Of a stretch of 64,000 bases of DNA, positions 37,640 to 52,130 are shown piece by piece. Each line of letters opens with the position of its first letter. The first letter of the stretch is position 1. The position numbers were made by a program, and so were the translations under genes. The notes beneath the pieces are model-generated. The model was not told the DNA's origin. It saw only the letters and a list, made by a program, of their open reading frames with translations, and searched no databases. The DNA lies in contig CM106585.1 of assembly GCA_048013815.1 (NCBI GenBank), positions 23,312,001-23,376,000 on the forward strand, given 5' to 3'. The DNA is from Setoptus koraiensis. Taxonomy: Eukaryota; Animalia; Arthropoda.

Positions 37640-40160
37640 CGGCAACGATTGCAATAATTGATTCAGTATCGGTTGTTGGTTGTTGTTCAATCACGTGCTG
37701 GCACTGTGCTCGCTGACGAGACAACTTTGTATCGCGCTGATCGGCGTGCTTGTCGAAGCTGCTTCTGTCGCTGCTTCTGTCGCCACTTCTGTCGAGAGAG
37801 AGAGATCTGCTCACTGGTAATAGTAACAATATGATTTATCCCCAATTTTTATCCGATTTGATGGCTGTAATTTTGCAATGTTCAGTGTCTGTGGCTAATC
37901 TGTGACATCGCACATTCTCAACCAGAGTTCTTTGGCTGACTGCTGCACTGTGCGCGAACCAGTTTCACAACTTGCTTGAATTGTTGAATTAAATGGCGCG
38001 ACAAATTCATATAAGCATCAAGTCAAAGAGACACGTTTTATGGTCAAATTATATCATAGTCGCTTGCTCGTGCCATTTCGTGCGCGGGCCTCACCCACGA
38101 AAACCTATAGTGGGGCAGCGAGAGCGCTTGCGCAAGTGCCAACACAAGAGGCCCCGTTAGAGGGAAAACGCTCGCTGTTATAGTGCACAGATCGTGGCAA
38201 CGCACAAGTGTGTCACGAGCAGCACAGAGCAAACACATTGGATTATTACATTGGACAAACAAGTGAAATGGTTGTGACTCACACAACTTGTGAGCAGATT
38301 GAAGTCGCTGTGCATCTTCGATGGCACCAGCGCACAAGAGTCGCAATCAGGCTAGAAACGGAAATAATGTCGACGACACGCCGGCATTCCGTGTGCACAA
38401 TCCCCGAAACGACCGCTCACCGCTTGCGAGTCACAAGTGTACAAGTTTAGTCAGCGCACCTATCGGCACATAACGTTAAATAAAGTGGCACACGGCGGAT
38501 AAATGAGACAGGTTGCGGAGTGGCCAAATTCACCAAACATGTACACATAATGACTGCTAATGGGCCCTTGTTATGCGATAATGGACGATAAAATAATCAT
38601 TGAAATCAATGACAATTAAAACGTCCGACATGCGAAGAGCCACTATGAGGGCTGACGTATCAACACGACGATATCTCGCATAACTGACAGATAATGACTG
38701 CCAGTGCATGAGGCGTCTAATTTGATTGATTTGTGTCAGTAGCAGCAATACACGACAATGCGAATATTAGTGGCGACTTGAAAGATTTCATTATACAGTT
38801 ATTGTGCCAATATAAAATATTATATGTGTGTAGCGGTGTATGTCGGCCAGTGTAAGCGCGCCGGCGTGCAAATAGACCAAATTTGCATTGAATGAAATTG
38901 ATTCGATTGAACAGGTAGAGGTCACACAAGTGGAATTATCGCCGCTTCAATAATTACATACTGTTGCTGGTTGCTTTGCTCCACACCTATGACATTTGTT
39001 TTTTATTTTATTATTGTACAAATGATACACACTCACAACTGGTCAACTGGTACGGAAAATGAGATATCGATATGCGAACATTGAATTAGAATTTATCAAT
39101 TTATCGCATAATTGATGATACGCAAGCGATTACGCCAATGCCCATTGCCTATTGCCAATATGTATTGCCAGCGCCAACATGTATTGCCAATATCAATTGG
39201 CAATGTCCATTGCCAATAAGTGGACATGACAACAACAAAGCCAGGAAATGCAAATTAGCTTCTATTAGATGGAGAGTGTGATCTGATTGTCGATGGTCGT
39301 ACAACTATTTGATCAGAGGAGAGAGGATCGCTTAAAATGTGAGGATCAAGGTCTCAACGAGGAACAAGTGAGAGTTGTTACATCTGATTAGAGCCGCGAT
39401 AGCGATAGTTTGTTTGTTTGTTTGTTGAACCGTTCGTCTTGTGGCGCCGCCGACGAGGGCCAAACTGGACCAGCCGAGCTAAGCCGAGAAGAGGTTGATA
39501 TGATCGTGTGTCGTCGTGTCTCGATCAATCATCGCCTGACCATTTGCTCTGTAACGTTATGTAATATTGAGCACATAATATCATAGCCTATGATAGGACG
39601 CTCCTACTGGCCGCTCCAACTATCTCTATATCTATCTATCTATCTATCTATCCATCTATCTATCAATGACCAGTTGACTGACTGACTGTTGTTGTCCAGC
39701 AGCGGCTGATATTGTGCATATTATGCTAACCATGCAATGGCCAACTGCAATGCAATGGTGACGTAAGAGTTGTGAGCCGCTTGGCAAGCGAGAGAGGATC
39801 AGACATTGGAGATGTTCGGCTAGATAGTGACCAGTGTCACTCCTCTCCTTACACTGTATTCACTGGGTGTAATAATGTTGCCTTCTGGCCAACGATATTT
39901 TCATATTATCCGCCAACTAATCGACGAGTCTGGCCAATATAACTAAATGGTAGCATTACCACCAACAAACACAGTTAATTCTGTATGTGTGTCGTTTAAG
40001 TCAGTGAGTTTGTTTGTTTATCGCTCGCTCGAACAACGAGCGCTCAACGAGACTCATCACCGAACTCGCTGATGGTTAATGGATCGTGCTCAGTGGATAA
40101 TGGATCACGGATGATCCCTTGGATCAGATAGAAATCATATCAACGAGCGAGAGAATTCAC

Positions 40161-40300
40161 CTGTTGTTGTTGCTGTTGTTGTTACTGTTGTCGTTGTTGT
40201 TACTGTTGTCGTTGTTGTTGTTACTGTTGTTGTTGTTGTTGTTGTTGTCGCTGTCGGTGTCGGTGTTGTCGCTGTCGCTGTTGCTGTTACTGTTGCTGGT
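40161..40300. repeat. Compound (TTG/CTG/TCG)n trinucleotide tract (opa-like on the minus strand)
   Basis: Read directly; it explains the spurious poly-Leu ORF 40119-40424. Confidence 0.9.
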
Positions 40301-41825
40301 CAATGCTGGTACCACCAAAGAAGACGAGATTATCATTTATTATCATTATTTATTAATATTTCTTCTCGGCGGCGAGCTGTTGCCGTTGCGTAAATTGCCG
40401 ATCATCAATTGCAAATCACAATAACGTTCATTTTTGTCTTGTTTATATATTCATATCGCTAAATTGCTAATCGCTATATATATTATTCAATGGCCGGCTG
40501 CTGCTGCCTATCTCATGATGCAACACCCTCAATATCATGACTCCATTAATATGGGACAGACAACAATTATTGACCATGATCAACTTTTACTGTCCATCTG
40601 TATATCTGCCTATCTGCCTATCTGTATATCTGTATATTTGTGTGTTAAAATGTCTGTATATCTGTGTGTCGGTATATCCAATATATTGGTGCATTAGTGT
40701 GTCATCAATAGACGCGCATTAGATCCGATGGGACAATTTTATTTTATATTCACGTTGTGTAATATTTGAACTGGCTCTCTCACTCTCGATGATTGATGAT
40801 AACTTGATGATCAACTTGCGATATGCCATAGTAAACATTTATCTCTGGCTTGCCACGCTGACACAATACGGCCGGCCAGGGGACAGAGGTCGAGCCAGAT
40901 ATGATCGTCATCATGCATCTAACCATTTAATGATCTAATGATGATCGCGTACTTGTGCCAATACCCTCTCCAATGCTATTATATCTCAGACTATATCTAA
41001 TACTATGTCTAATACTCAATGTATGTACATGCTTAAATTATTATATAATATTATACCAACAATATTATCAACTTGTTTTCATTGTTGACTGTTGCGCTAA
41101 TTATTAATTATGCGACGTTGATTGTGTCGGAGAGTCGCAATCAACAGTTCAAACTGACTGACCTCACCTACGAATCGTACGCTACGATGTCATGTTTGAA
41201 ATGGAAATGAGCAACTTGTTCACACAAAATAATGCAACTGGCGTCAAACAGACTAATCTCAGACTAATTCATTAGTTGGCCAATTAATTGAGTCGACGTT
41301 CAATCATTTTTTGCTATTGTGTGTCCCGATTGTCACTGGCTCGCGCATGAATGTATATTGATAATTTCTGCACAATGTATTGTCGTCTGACTCCGTGTTG
41401 GATCTGCGTTGCAAGGCGCCCCCAAATACTGGCAATACAAGTAAGATACTGGCAACTTGGGACGCTCGCTCGCGCTTGCAACTGTCAACCGATCGATCTC
41501 TGATATTGACCAATATTAACTAATCTTGAAAACAATTGAAAACAATTTTGTGCCGATTTCGCGCGCTCATTATTGACTTTAATTGAATTAAATTATCATT
41601 TGCCCTCGCGAATTACAACTTGGGTGCATAATGATGATAGCAATCTAAGTATAAAAGTATCAATCGGATAATACCGTTGTCTGGTTTCGCTCGGCACGCC
41701 AGACGCAACTGTTGTTCTTGTTCGCACGTATCGTTTGCAAATACTCTTAGCAAATACTGTTTGCAAATACTGTTTGCATGGATATTGTTGCGATGCCGGT
41801 GCCATCATCGGATAGTCTCACCTTG

Positions 41826-41895
41826 GAGATGACGATTGCGAGATGACGATTGCGAGATGACGATTGCGAGATGATCATGTCGAGATGATCGTGTC
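41826..41895. repeat. 14-bp minisatellite (GAGATGACGATTGC) x5
   Basis: Three exact units and two diverged units in phase. Confidence 0.9.
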
Positions 41896-42299
41896 AGGTA
41901 GTGAAATTGGCGCCGATCGAAGTGGCGACTGAAATCAACGGTGATCAACGATCGATGGGCCAGTTATATCACGGTGATGGCATCATGACTGGCTCAGATA
42001 ATCTCTATTTGATCTGTATCGCTTCTGGACATGAGATTAATTTCGCCGTCGCTAGTGAGAATCATCGGTGAGTTTAGTTTAAAGTCACTCGAGCGATCAT
42101 TCGATCATAGCTAGTTAGATTTCCTGACTGACTCATTGCGCTGGCTGGCTTGCCATCACTTACAACTTGTGAGTATCAGACGCTTGCCGGCCATTAGTGC
42201 CAGCGGCTCATATCGCAACGCCAGATCGCGGAACGAACGAATCGGAGGAATCGTGTTGGATAATTGAGCGTTGCGCTAATTGATGTTGGCCAAACAAAC

Positions 42300-42380
42300 A
42301 AACAACAACAACAGCAACAACAACATCAGCAACAACAACAGCAACAACAACATCAGCAACAACAACAGCAACAACAACAA
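42300..42380. repeat. opa-like (CAA/CAG/CAT)n tract with a 24-bp higher-order unit
   Basis: The unit CAACAACAACATCAGCAACAACAACAG pattern recurs. Confidence 0.85.
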
Positions 42381-45300
42381 GTGACCAGGTGAACAGCTGA
42401 CCAGGTGAAGGCGGTAGTGGTACAATGTTTGTGCAATAAGGGCCAACGGAAGCAGCAGCTGATAATTAAAATGTGTGTGTGTGTGTGTGTGTGTGTGCCG
42501 TTGCATTGCGGAACGAGCGCGACGCACTTAAGCAATCATCATAATCATGACGACTTTATCACCTAAAGCTGTTTGTTTGCAACATTAATTATTCAGGCAA
42601 TGCACACTGGGCAGCGCGAAGGGCACAGTTGAGCCATGAAGAACAACAAATTTGTGCAAATATCAGGTGAATGTGTCCACCTTGATATTTGATAACGTTT
42701 GATACAGTGTAAGTGCAGGTAAATAGCCAGTCAGTGTAACGGTGCATCGCGGTGTTGGCGTGCTCGACATTGAGGCCAAGTTTGTGCGCCGTCGAGATGT
42801 TTGCAAACAAGTTGCAAACATCGCTCGCTGGGCGGCTCACAAGCGGCGCCAAACAAGATTGCGCGCTCATGTTAATTGATAATTAATAATTGTTGTTGTT
42901 ATTAATTGTTGTTCGCAGTTGTTGATTGAGCCGCCTGATGCCGCAATTGGAGCCTGCAGCCGACGACAGGTTGTTGTTGTTGTTATGCGGTGCGCAACAG
43001 CAACAGCAACAACATCAACAGCAACAACAACAGCAACAGCAGCAACAACAACAACATTGTTGTTGCTGTTAGCCTACTGTTTGTTTTGTTGCCATCACAC
43101 CGTGTTACAGTGGCCGTGTTACGGTGACTGTCTAACGGTAAACACAGTATCAAACTGTTAACAGGTGCAGTGTGTGCATAACGGTGATGTTGCAAACTGC
43201 ACACAATTAATCAAGTTCATCAGCATCATCAGCATATTAGTGGCCACTTGCAATTTGAGTCGGCATGACATTATGAAATTGCATTCCAGACGCTGCTGCA
43301 CGCAACAGCAGCAGCAACGACAGCGGCAACGACAGCGGCAACAGCAACAACAACAGCAACAGCTGATTGTTGCGCAACATCTACAGGTACAACTCGCAAG
43401 TCAATTCGTAAATACGATACTCGACTAACTGAATCAGGCTGACGTCACGTTTTAATAATGTTGCATTAAACGGACACATACAAATCGCTGTGGAGAGTCA
43501 GTGATGGCGAACAAGTGCTCACCCTAAACCGGCCTCTAATCAAATTGCTCGGCTTGGTGTGGCTGCAACTGGCACGACCGACCCACCGACCAACAAATGA
43601 CCAACAACTGACCGTTTCACACAATCCGTCCGTCCGCTCGCTCGCTCGCCAACCACCCACCCAAATGCCGGCCACTAATGACACACACACACAATCGATG
43701 GCAACGGTCAATGTTTGTTTGAAACGATTTATTCTGAGATTTAATTTAAATATGTTTATCAGTGCACTGTACCGACTCATTCATCATTGCGTAACTGCGC
43801 CAATTTTGCGCGGCACACCAGACGCGAACATGCGAACAGAGATGCACAAATTACCAGGGGGTGATAGCGAGCTTGATGTGGCTCAGAAATGCGCTAGACA
43901 CGCTCACTTGTGAACAAGAAAAAGAAGCGCCGGCACAGATAGATGAGATGGCCAGTGAGTTAGTACGTCATCACGCTCAAACAACCTGTTTAATGGACCA
44001 ACCAAATGCCAGAGTAATAATAATAATAAAAAAGCTGATAAGTAGCCGAGAGAATGTTGTCATCGCTCAATGGTAAATTGCTCTAATTTATCAATAATTT
44101 CACCAATCACACAGTTGCTTTAATCACAATCATCATGAATGAATAATGATGAAATGTGTGAATGACCAGAGAGTGACCACTTCCCGTTTTGCATTACGTA
44201 CGTTACGTTTCGCAGCACAAATAGCTGGCCCATTGGCCAGCCTATTGCCAATCATGAGCGCCACCACTCATGGTTGTATCAAATGACCGTGTTTGTAATT
44301 CGATAGTTATTACATAACATTTAAACAGATGATTGTGTGAGTTGCGGGAGATGTTACATATACGGTTGCCCACTGTTGCCAGTGAGCAATAGGTGACGGT
44401 CAGTAAGTCACCCAACGAATGAACTCAGCAAGTTGAATATTTCAGTCGGTTGGTGGCCACACAAGATCAAGCACGTAATCAACTGAATACTTGCACAGTT
44501 ACTAGTTATATTCGAGATTGGCCATTCATGTGAGAGCAAACCGTTCGTTCGACATCATTGAGACGATTTTACAGTTTGTATGACAGCGCAATTGTATCAC
44601 ATTTCACATGACTCACACGGCATGGCAATGCTACTAATTACTTGCAATTCATACCATTAATTCCATTTCTGTATTTATTTTCAATAATTTCAGTCAGATT
44701 TCTAATCATTTGTGTCAGATTTCCCTCAGAGACTCAATTGATACGATCAGCAGCAAGCCTCGGCCAAGGCCACTTACCGTCGCAGGCCTATCCCGCCGTG
44801 TTGCTCCGCCGTCATCGCCAATATTCATTGATGAATCTCAACTAAACTTAGCCAGCCATTCATCAATGAATATTAGCTCGCCACTCAATTGCTCAATGCT
44901 CGATCTGATTTTCGAGTTTAGTTTTCTCGCCAGATTTTTCTTCGAAATTTCAGCGTGCACAGTTCAAATTCATTAGCTTTTGTTCATTCGTGCTGCTGGT
45001 CACAGCACTAGACTATTCATTAGGCGATTTAAATATTGTTGGTCGCAATAGTTTATTGGCGTTAGTTTAAGTTGGCAACACCATACAATATAACAGCTAG
45101 ATAATAGCATCCACATTTTACCTGTGCAACAGTACGGGCACATTTCAGCGACCAACAAAGTGAAGTGAGCTAAGTGTTTCTGTGAACAGCTGGTTGCCAC
45201 TGGTCACCAATTGAACCCGTGGCAGTGGCTTGTCTGGCCAGTGTTCGTATGTCAGTGTTGTTATGCCAGTTATGTAACTGTCAGTTAATGATGACAGTTA

Positions 45301-48300
45301 CAGTTAACTGTTGGCCAATGTCAACTGTGTGTGTGTGTGTGTGTGTGTGCGTGTTTGGTTGTGTTCACAATTTGTGAATCGCATAAGTCAAGATCATTGT
45401 CACTGCTGTTTGTCTCATGCCATTGTCATCACTCTGTATCCATCAACCGTTATCTACGCTTCAATTGACAGCTGTGAGTCAAATTAAATTGAACAACAAT
45501 CACCAACTTTCGACAGGTGACTGACCAGCTGGCCACACACACACACACTCACCTGTTGTTCTGTTGTGTGGTATAACAAAAAACTGTGCAACTGTGCAGC
45601 AGCAGCAACAACAACAACAACAACGTATAACAACGAGTGCGTTACGTAACGTACCAATGACCAATGGTCATTAGTTGGCCACTCGCCAACTGTGTGTTGA
45701 GTTCATTGATGGCTGCCTGTTGATTTTATTGTCACGATTTTTATTTTTGTTTTGTCCTTCTTCTGTCTATCTATCATACACACGATAGCTAATACACGAG
45801 CTGTATATTTATGTATAAATACATCGACTATTTGAATTGAGCGTGTTGACTCACAAACGAGCACACATATTTAATACTTGATATTTGATATTTATACCCA
45901 TACAAATGTTCAGTTTTATGAGTATGGTTAGGTAAGTATTTTTGCATTTCAGCCAATTATATGTGTGGCCAGAAATACTTGAGCAACATACAACCGGACA
46001 CTCACAATTTGCGCCTAATATTTGCGACCTCTCGCGGCAATTTGGCCTCAAATTGCTAATTGAGGGACCGCAAGCTGTGTCTTAATGAGTAAATGGTCGC
46101 GCTGATATGATACGAAACAGATAATAATAGCGAAATTGAGCGACCATCGGCGCAAGCAGTCATAAATGCATACATATAAATATTTATATGTATATAAGTA
46201 TGTATATTGTCATTTGTTTGCATTTGTAGCGCCATTACACCAGGCACCATGAGCACAACACAATGAGGACACACCCGACGATGGTCACACGTCAACACAA
46301 AACAAGGGCTACCAGATATTCATCGACACTTAACTCACCTGTCCAAAATATATAATAGATATGGTTGTCTAATGGTGGCCACAACGAGCCAACGCGTCGT
46401 CGGCTCACAAGTTGCTAGAATTAATAGAGTTCTAACAGGTTGTAAGAGTGAAACTTGCGCGCATTCAATGCATCGTGCCTTAGCAAATTGTCGCTCTATT
46501 TCTCTATTATTGCATTCAAATTGCGACGGAATTGCATTGGAATTGCCGCGCAAACTTGAACTTGTTGTCATCTTCGATCCTTCGAAATCCAACACACTTC
46601 TGGGCACGCTTCAAAGTTTGTTAAGAGAACACAACACAAAAGTATGGCAATTTTAAAGTGAAGCTGTCGATCGACAACATAAAGGCGAACAGAAAAAAAG
46701 AAGAAGACTTACCAGATTTTGGTCTCTTTTTGTGCGCGCTTGCGATAACTGTGTGATAATTACCTGTGCTCTCTCTCTCTCTGTCTCTGTCTCTCTTTAT
46801 CTCTTTGGCCCTAACTATATCTAATCTGGCTAATAGAGAAGAAAAGAACAAGCGAAATGGTGGTGTGCATAAACGAGAACAAAAAGCCAAGATTTTTATT
46901 TTTCTATTTATTATTATTTACTATTCATAAGTGCGCCCTCGTTCAAAAATCCAATTTGGTCCAGTGGAGACGAAACGAATTGAATTTCTGTCACTTACCA
47001 TCGCACTTGTTCATTTATATTCAATAAACTCTGCTGGCACAAACACTTTCGAGACACAAGCCAGCAAACAAAGGCTTCGGCACACACTCATGGCAAGCTA
47101 TTTTTTACCACCTAGACAGGCCTGGCACAAGCGCCAACCATTAGACATTGACCATTAGCCAGCAGCCGACAGTCGACAGGTTGCACCGATTTCAATGGCC
47201 AACAATGCAACGATGGCACGTTCGACACGACGACTGCTCGTTGCGCAAATCCAGCCGAAATCCAGCCGAAATCCAGCTGAAATTCAGCAAAATCCAGGTA
47301 AATTGTTGCACTTGATAGTGCAGTCGAACAATATTAATAGAATGAGAATGCGAGCAACAACAACACGAATGACCGATACGGATACACTGGCCAGTGTGTG
47401 TACCGCTGCAAAAAAGCTCGCACAAGATTTGTTTTCTGCTCTTGTCAGCCCTATGCAAGGTGTTGTTGTCGTCGCTGTTGTTGTTGTCGCTGTCGATCCA
47501 AGCAACAACGGCTTTATATCATGTATTATTATCAACTATTAATCGGATAACTACCGCTCTGGTGCCGCCAAGTTTGGCAGAATAGCCAATTGCGCTCATT
47601 GAATTCTCGAGATCTTTTTGTGCAATCCGTAGTTTGCGCTTCTCAGTTTGAGGAGCGCACATTGAGAGAAACAAAATTAAAATTTTCACTTCTTTTTCGA
47701 GACAACCACTGACAAAAAAACCACACTGGCCATAAATAAAAATGCTCATTATGACTCATCACTTAGCTCATCACTCTGGCACGTTCTCCGCACCAAATGA
47801 TCACCCAAAATGACCAGCGAGTGACCAATGCGAATGGCAGCGTTTTAGTTGATCAGTTATCATTGTCCATGCGAGCAAAAAGAAAGAGATTTACGGTCAC
47901 AACTTGTGACTGTGCCTGAATGTGCCAAGTTAAACTTAGCACTCAAGTGTCCTCTAACTTGACTTAAATCATCTCAACAGTTGTGTAATAATAATGTTTG
48001 CGGCAATCATAAATGTATGCAATATAAATTGTATATAAATACCAGTTTATAAACAAAATGCAGTCGTATAAAGCCAAAGAATTCTGCTCTATTTTTTGTT
48101 TTTTGTGTGCTCGTTGTTGTTGCTGTCAGTCTGTTGCTAATCTCGCTCTATACTCGTCTTTAGCTCTATCCGTATGAATAGTTACAACTAGAGTTAGTTG
48201 TCGTTGTTGCTGTTGACAAGCCATCAAATACCATACAAAATGATGATTCAGATGATCTCTTTTCAAATTGACAAGTCTTATTATCGTCCACTACAATAAT

Positions 48301-51300
48301 AGACTGCATTCAGCAACGACAACAACACCGACAACAGCAACAGCGCTCGAGGATTAGTTATAAACAGAGCAGTTCAATGTTGAATATTCAATATGCCATG
48401 CTAATAATAGTCATTATTATTAGCAAATACATTGTTCTCATTGGTCAAGGGCGATCGCCTCATCTACACTATTTATTCGCAAATACACCATTTCATTACA
48501 AATAAGCTATTCACAAATACGAGACAAGTACGACGAGAAGAAAAAACACACGCAATTAGAACTGCACAAATGAGAAGAATTGTCTCTCATATTGAATTCA
48601 AACCAATCAACTCCATTCGTTGTCTTCTGTTGTTAAATACCCGATCTTTTATTTATGACAGAAATTAATTTACTTTCAATTGATCAATTGAAAGGGGGAC
48701 CCACTTAAGGTTACCATGTTACAGTTGTACTCCCGAGATATTCATTTATTGAACAAAAGATATGCTATTTGTTGTTATTTTTTGTCAGTTTACTAGTTCT
48801 TGACCCCGAGTCACTCACTTGCCGCAATCTCATCACAGTGTAAGCCTCTTAGCACCCAAACGCTCCAGAGTTGGTCAATTCAACTACCACAGGGGGCAAA
48901 CAACTGCAAAAACACGCTCACATTAGACACTAATTAATGATAGTGATTACTAATTATTGTCTGACCGTTATCATGTGTCCATCATTAAGAATTAATTGTT
49001 GAATGTAAGTCTCGCTGCCTGTTGTTCACTTGTATATTCTATCGTCCACACTGTTCCAATAATTGTACATATTTTATCGTTATTTATCATTCATCATAAT
49101 GATTAAGAACAATGTTTATGTCCAGCTAGCCACTGTAGTTTATCAACTGTTTTCCTTGCAAGACAATCAATTTGTGCTCTTATTTGCATCTTAAAAGTCG
49201 TGATCAACACATTAGGGACACATTGAAAAATCAATCAGAGTCCAAATGGCCCGTTATTGTTTCACCAGTTCTGGTTTGAAGCGAAAAGTAGCGGTAAATT
49301 TATGCACACTATCGGTGTAAAATGCCCTGAGACGATAAATGTTTTAATCAGGGAGCTGCAATAAATCGCAAAACTTAATATTAAATTAAGTAGACTCGAC
49401 TTCCGTCTGGTCAGCATCTGGTTTATCGGTGATCTTGATCTCGCGCACACTGACCCATAGGCCAACAATTCATCTCTCGGTTTGGGTTGGTGAGTAGACC
49501 AAAACAAATAACTGGCCGCTGATACAATCAAGTGCGATAGACAAGCGACCAGACTATTTAACGGTCATTATGACATCATTATGAGATCAAATTATTATTA
49601 AATCATGATATTGCTGGAATGGCAACAACTAAATAGACACTTAATTGCAATAGACATTGTCGTAATTAGCGACATCACTGATTACGACAATTCTCGACGA
49701 TAATATTCTCATTAGCATTGCGTGGAGATTTGATTTAAAGTTGATGCTGTCGTCAACGCGACATTGCGCATTGAGGATTAATGAGGGTTAATTAGCGAAA
49801 ACATGACAGGACCGATTGCTCGTTTCAGCTTTATCACGGTTGACCTTGCAATTGAATGAGCATCATTCATCATCTCGTCTCATATTTTGCTCGCTTGCAT
49901 GTGACACAGTTAGAGATGACAAGAGTTAATGACATTGCACGTTACCAATTAACTAATGAGCCATGAATCATGGATATCAATGTGATATCCATGATTGCAT
50001 GCTGGACACCCTACGATGTTGTGTGAATTGGCCACGAGGTCACTCTTATAGGCACGATTCATAGCTAATTAGTTACGACGTTATTTGTTGGACCTCTGTA
50101 CGCCCTGGCATATATTGCGTCAAGACTGCTTGCGAGATTTGATCATTTTGTGCGGCCACATTCAACATGTAGCATCGACATATAATATATGATATTGTTT
50201 GATTCAATATTGATCGCTGGCATCATTCGGCAGCCATACATGGCGATAGAAGAGGATAGAGAGAGACGGCTCGAGCTTGCGATCGCTGCAAGCTAAACAG
50301 AGTTGCCGAATGTATTCTCGGCCGCGACAGCAACCAATCACTCTCACTTCCTGTATACACACTGTTGCAATATACACATGGAGTGGCGTGAATCTCCGTC
50401 AATGCTGCTGTCTTGGCTTCTTTTCGCTGCCCCGCTGTCACCTGTAATCAGTGTGTGTGTTGATGGCGAATAGCAATTAACAATTTGCTGCTGGCGAGTG
50501 GTGCAACACGATATCACATGCGACCAATCACTCAACAGTGTCTGATGATCTTGAATGTCTCTAGCGCCGATATGTGGCGCAAAACTTACCAAACCTTATA
50601 CCTGTAAAACGCTCACTTACGCTTGCCGTAACAAAACTAAATTGAGTGTTGTTGTTGGTTGCAGAGTTTTGCGGCAGATGTTGCGTGGCGAGCCTCAATT
50701 GTCGGGTCTCGTTTCGACGATTTTTCAAATAAGAAAAAGATTTTCGATGCGAACGAGAATAGCATTGATTGGCTCAAATATCCAGCCAACAACCGACAAC
50801 AAATTGGTCGCCTCAAAGTGATTATTGCATGCAACAACAATTGATTGGATTGGCACAACACACACTCGCGTTTGGGAAGTAAACGGACACTCACTCTTGT
50901 CAGCGAGCGAGAGTGCGACCGCTATCACCTGTCCACCTGTTGATATGCATCTTTGTGTGTGTGTGTGTGTGTGTGTGTGTTGTTGTTGTTGTTGTGTGTG
51001 TGGCGCTGTGTCAGAACTAGTTTCGCAATGCTGTGAGTGCTGCTGTTCGCTTGCCGAATGGCCGAAAGAATTTCGAACGTTCGTCGCGATAAAGAATGTG
51101 TAAGTTTTGTCGAACACACATGCACATCGTGACGAGCGGGAGTGGCAACATGTTTGGACATTTAAACTATTGGACACACACACACACACAGTGTACAATT
51201 GGACAGTGTGTGTGTGTGTGTACACTGGCGTGCGTTCGAATGGCAATTCGAATTGGGAATGCCATTCGAAGTGGAGCTGACAGCGTAGCCAGCCGAAGGT

Positions 51301-52089
51301 GCCACCTCCAGCCTGTTATTTGGCGAAGCGTGTTGTTTCTTTTCTGCACTGCTCGCAACAGCGAAACCAAATGGAAATGGCGCCAAATGAGCAGTGAGTT
51401 CAAGTTGCAAGTTGTAAGTTATGTTGATTGAGCGCGCCACTATCGCTAATTTCAATATATGACAATGCCAACGAAAGCCTCTGGCCACGTCCTCGCATTG
51501 ACAAACAAACAGACAGACTGTTGCACAAGCGGCGAGCTAGCTCCAGCCAGCCAGGCATCTAGCTAGACAGCGAGCTAGACGGCGAGCTAGACGGCGAGCT
51601 AGATAAATGGATGAATAGGGTGAGATAGGGTAGATAGAGCAGACAGTGGATAGAGTAGACAGAATGGATAGAGTGGATAGAGGAAGAGAAGAACCTTGAC
51701 AAACATTAACGAGGCAAGCAAAGTGAATGCAGTGCAACCAGTGAAAGTAAATCTCTCTGACAGTGAGACACATATTCAAATAGCGGCCCATTGTTGAGTA
51801 CATCCCCGATATTGTTGGCCGCCCCCCTCCCCCTGGCAAAAGGTAGTGCAAACACCGGCCAGAGTTTCATGAAACAAACAGCAACAAGTGAAAGTGAACG
51901 AAGGTGAAAGTGAGAGCCAGAGAAAAAGCAAAAGTGACAGCCAGAGTAAAAGCAATAGTGAAAGTGCGCTAATTTCTGCATTTACCCCCAACTAATCTAA
52001 ATAAGCACTGGTAACTAACCCATTAACAATATTATTATATTTACAACAATATTAGACTAACCAGACCACATTTCGGGCGCCCCAAACAG

Positions 52090-52130
52090 TATAAAAGTTG
52101 CCTGGTCATCCATGCTGATCATCATTAGTC
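52090..52130 (+). promoter_or_regulatory. Core promoter (TATA + Inr) of the cuticle protein gene
   Basis: TATAAAAG at 52090 and Inr-like TCATCA/TTAGTC 30-37 nt downstream, followed by an A/C-rich 5' UTR leading to the ATG at 52294. Confidence 0.65.

Noticed and set aside
39733-39754. miR-33-like sequence on the minus strand
   Set aside because: Needs a 2-nt insertion and a mismatch, and has no complementary star arm.
40119-43428. Poly-Leu, poly-Gln and poly-Thr ORFs in the ORF track
   Set aside because: Explained by trinucleotide repeats that lack stops in several frames on both strands.
44772-46998. Five minus-strand GTRAGT donor-like sites, suggesting a spliced transcript upstream of Fer3
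   Set aside because: Only mildly above chance, and I could not pair them with acceptors into a coherent exon chain.
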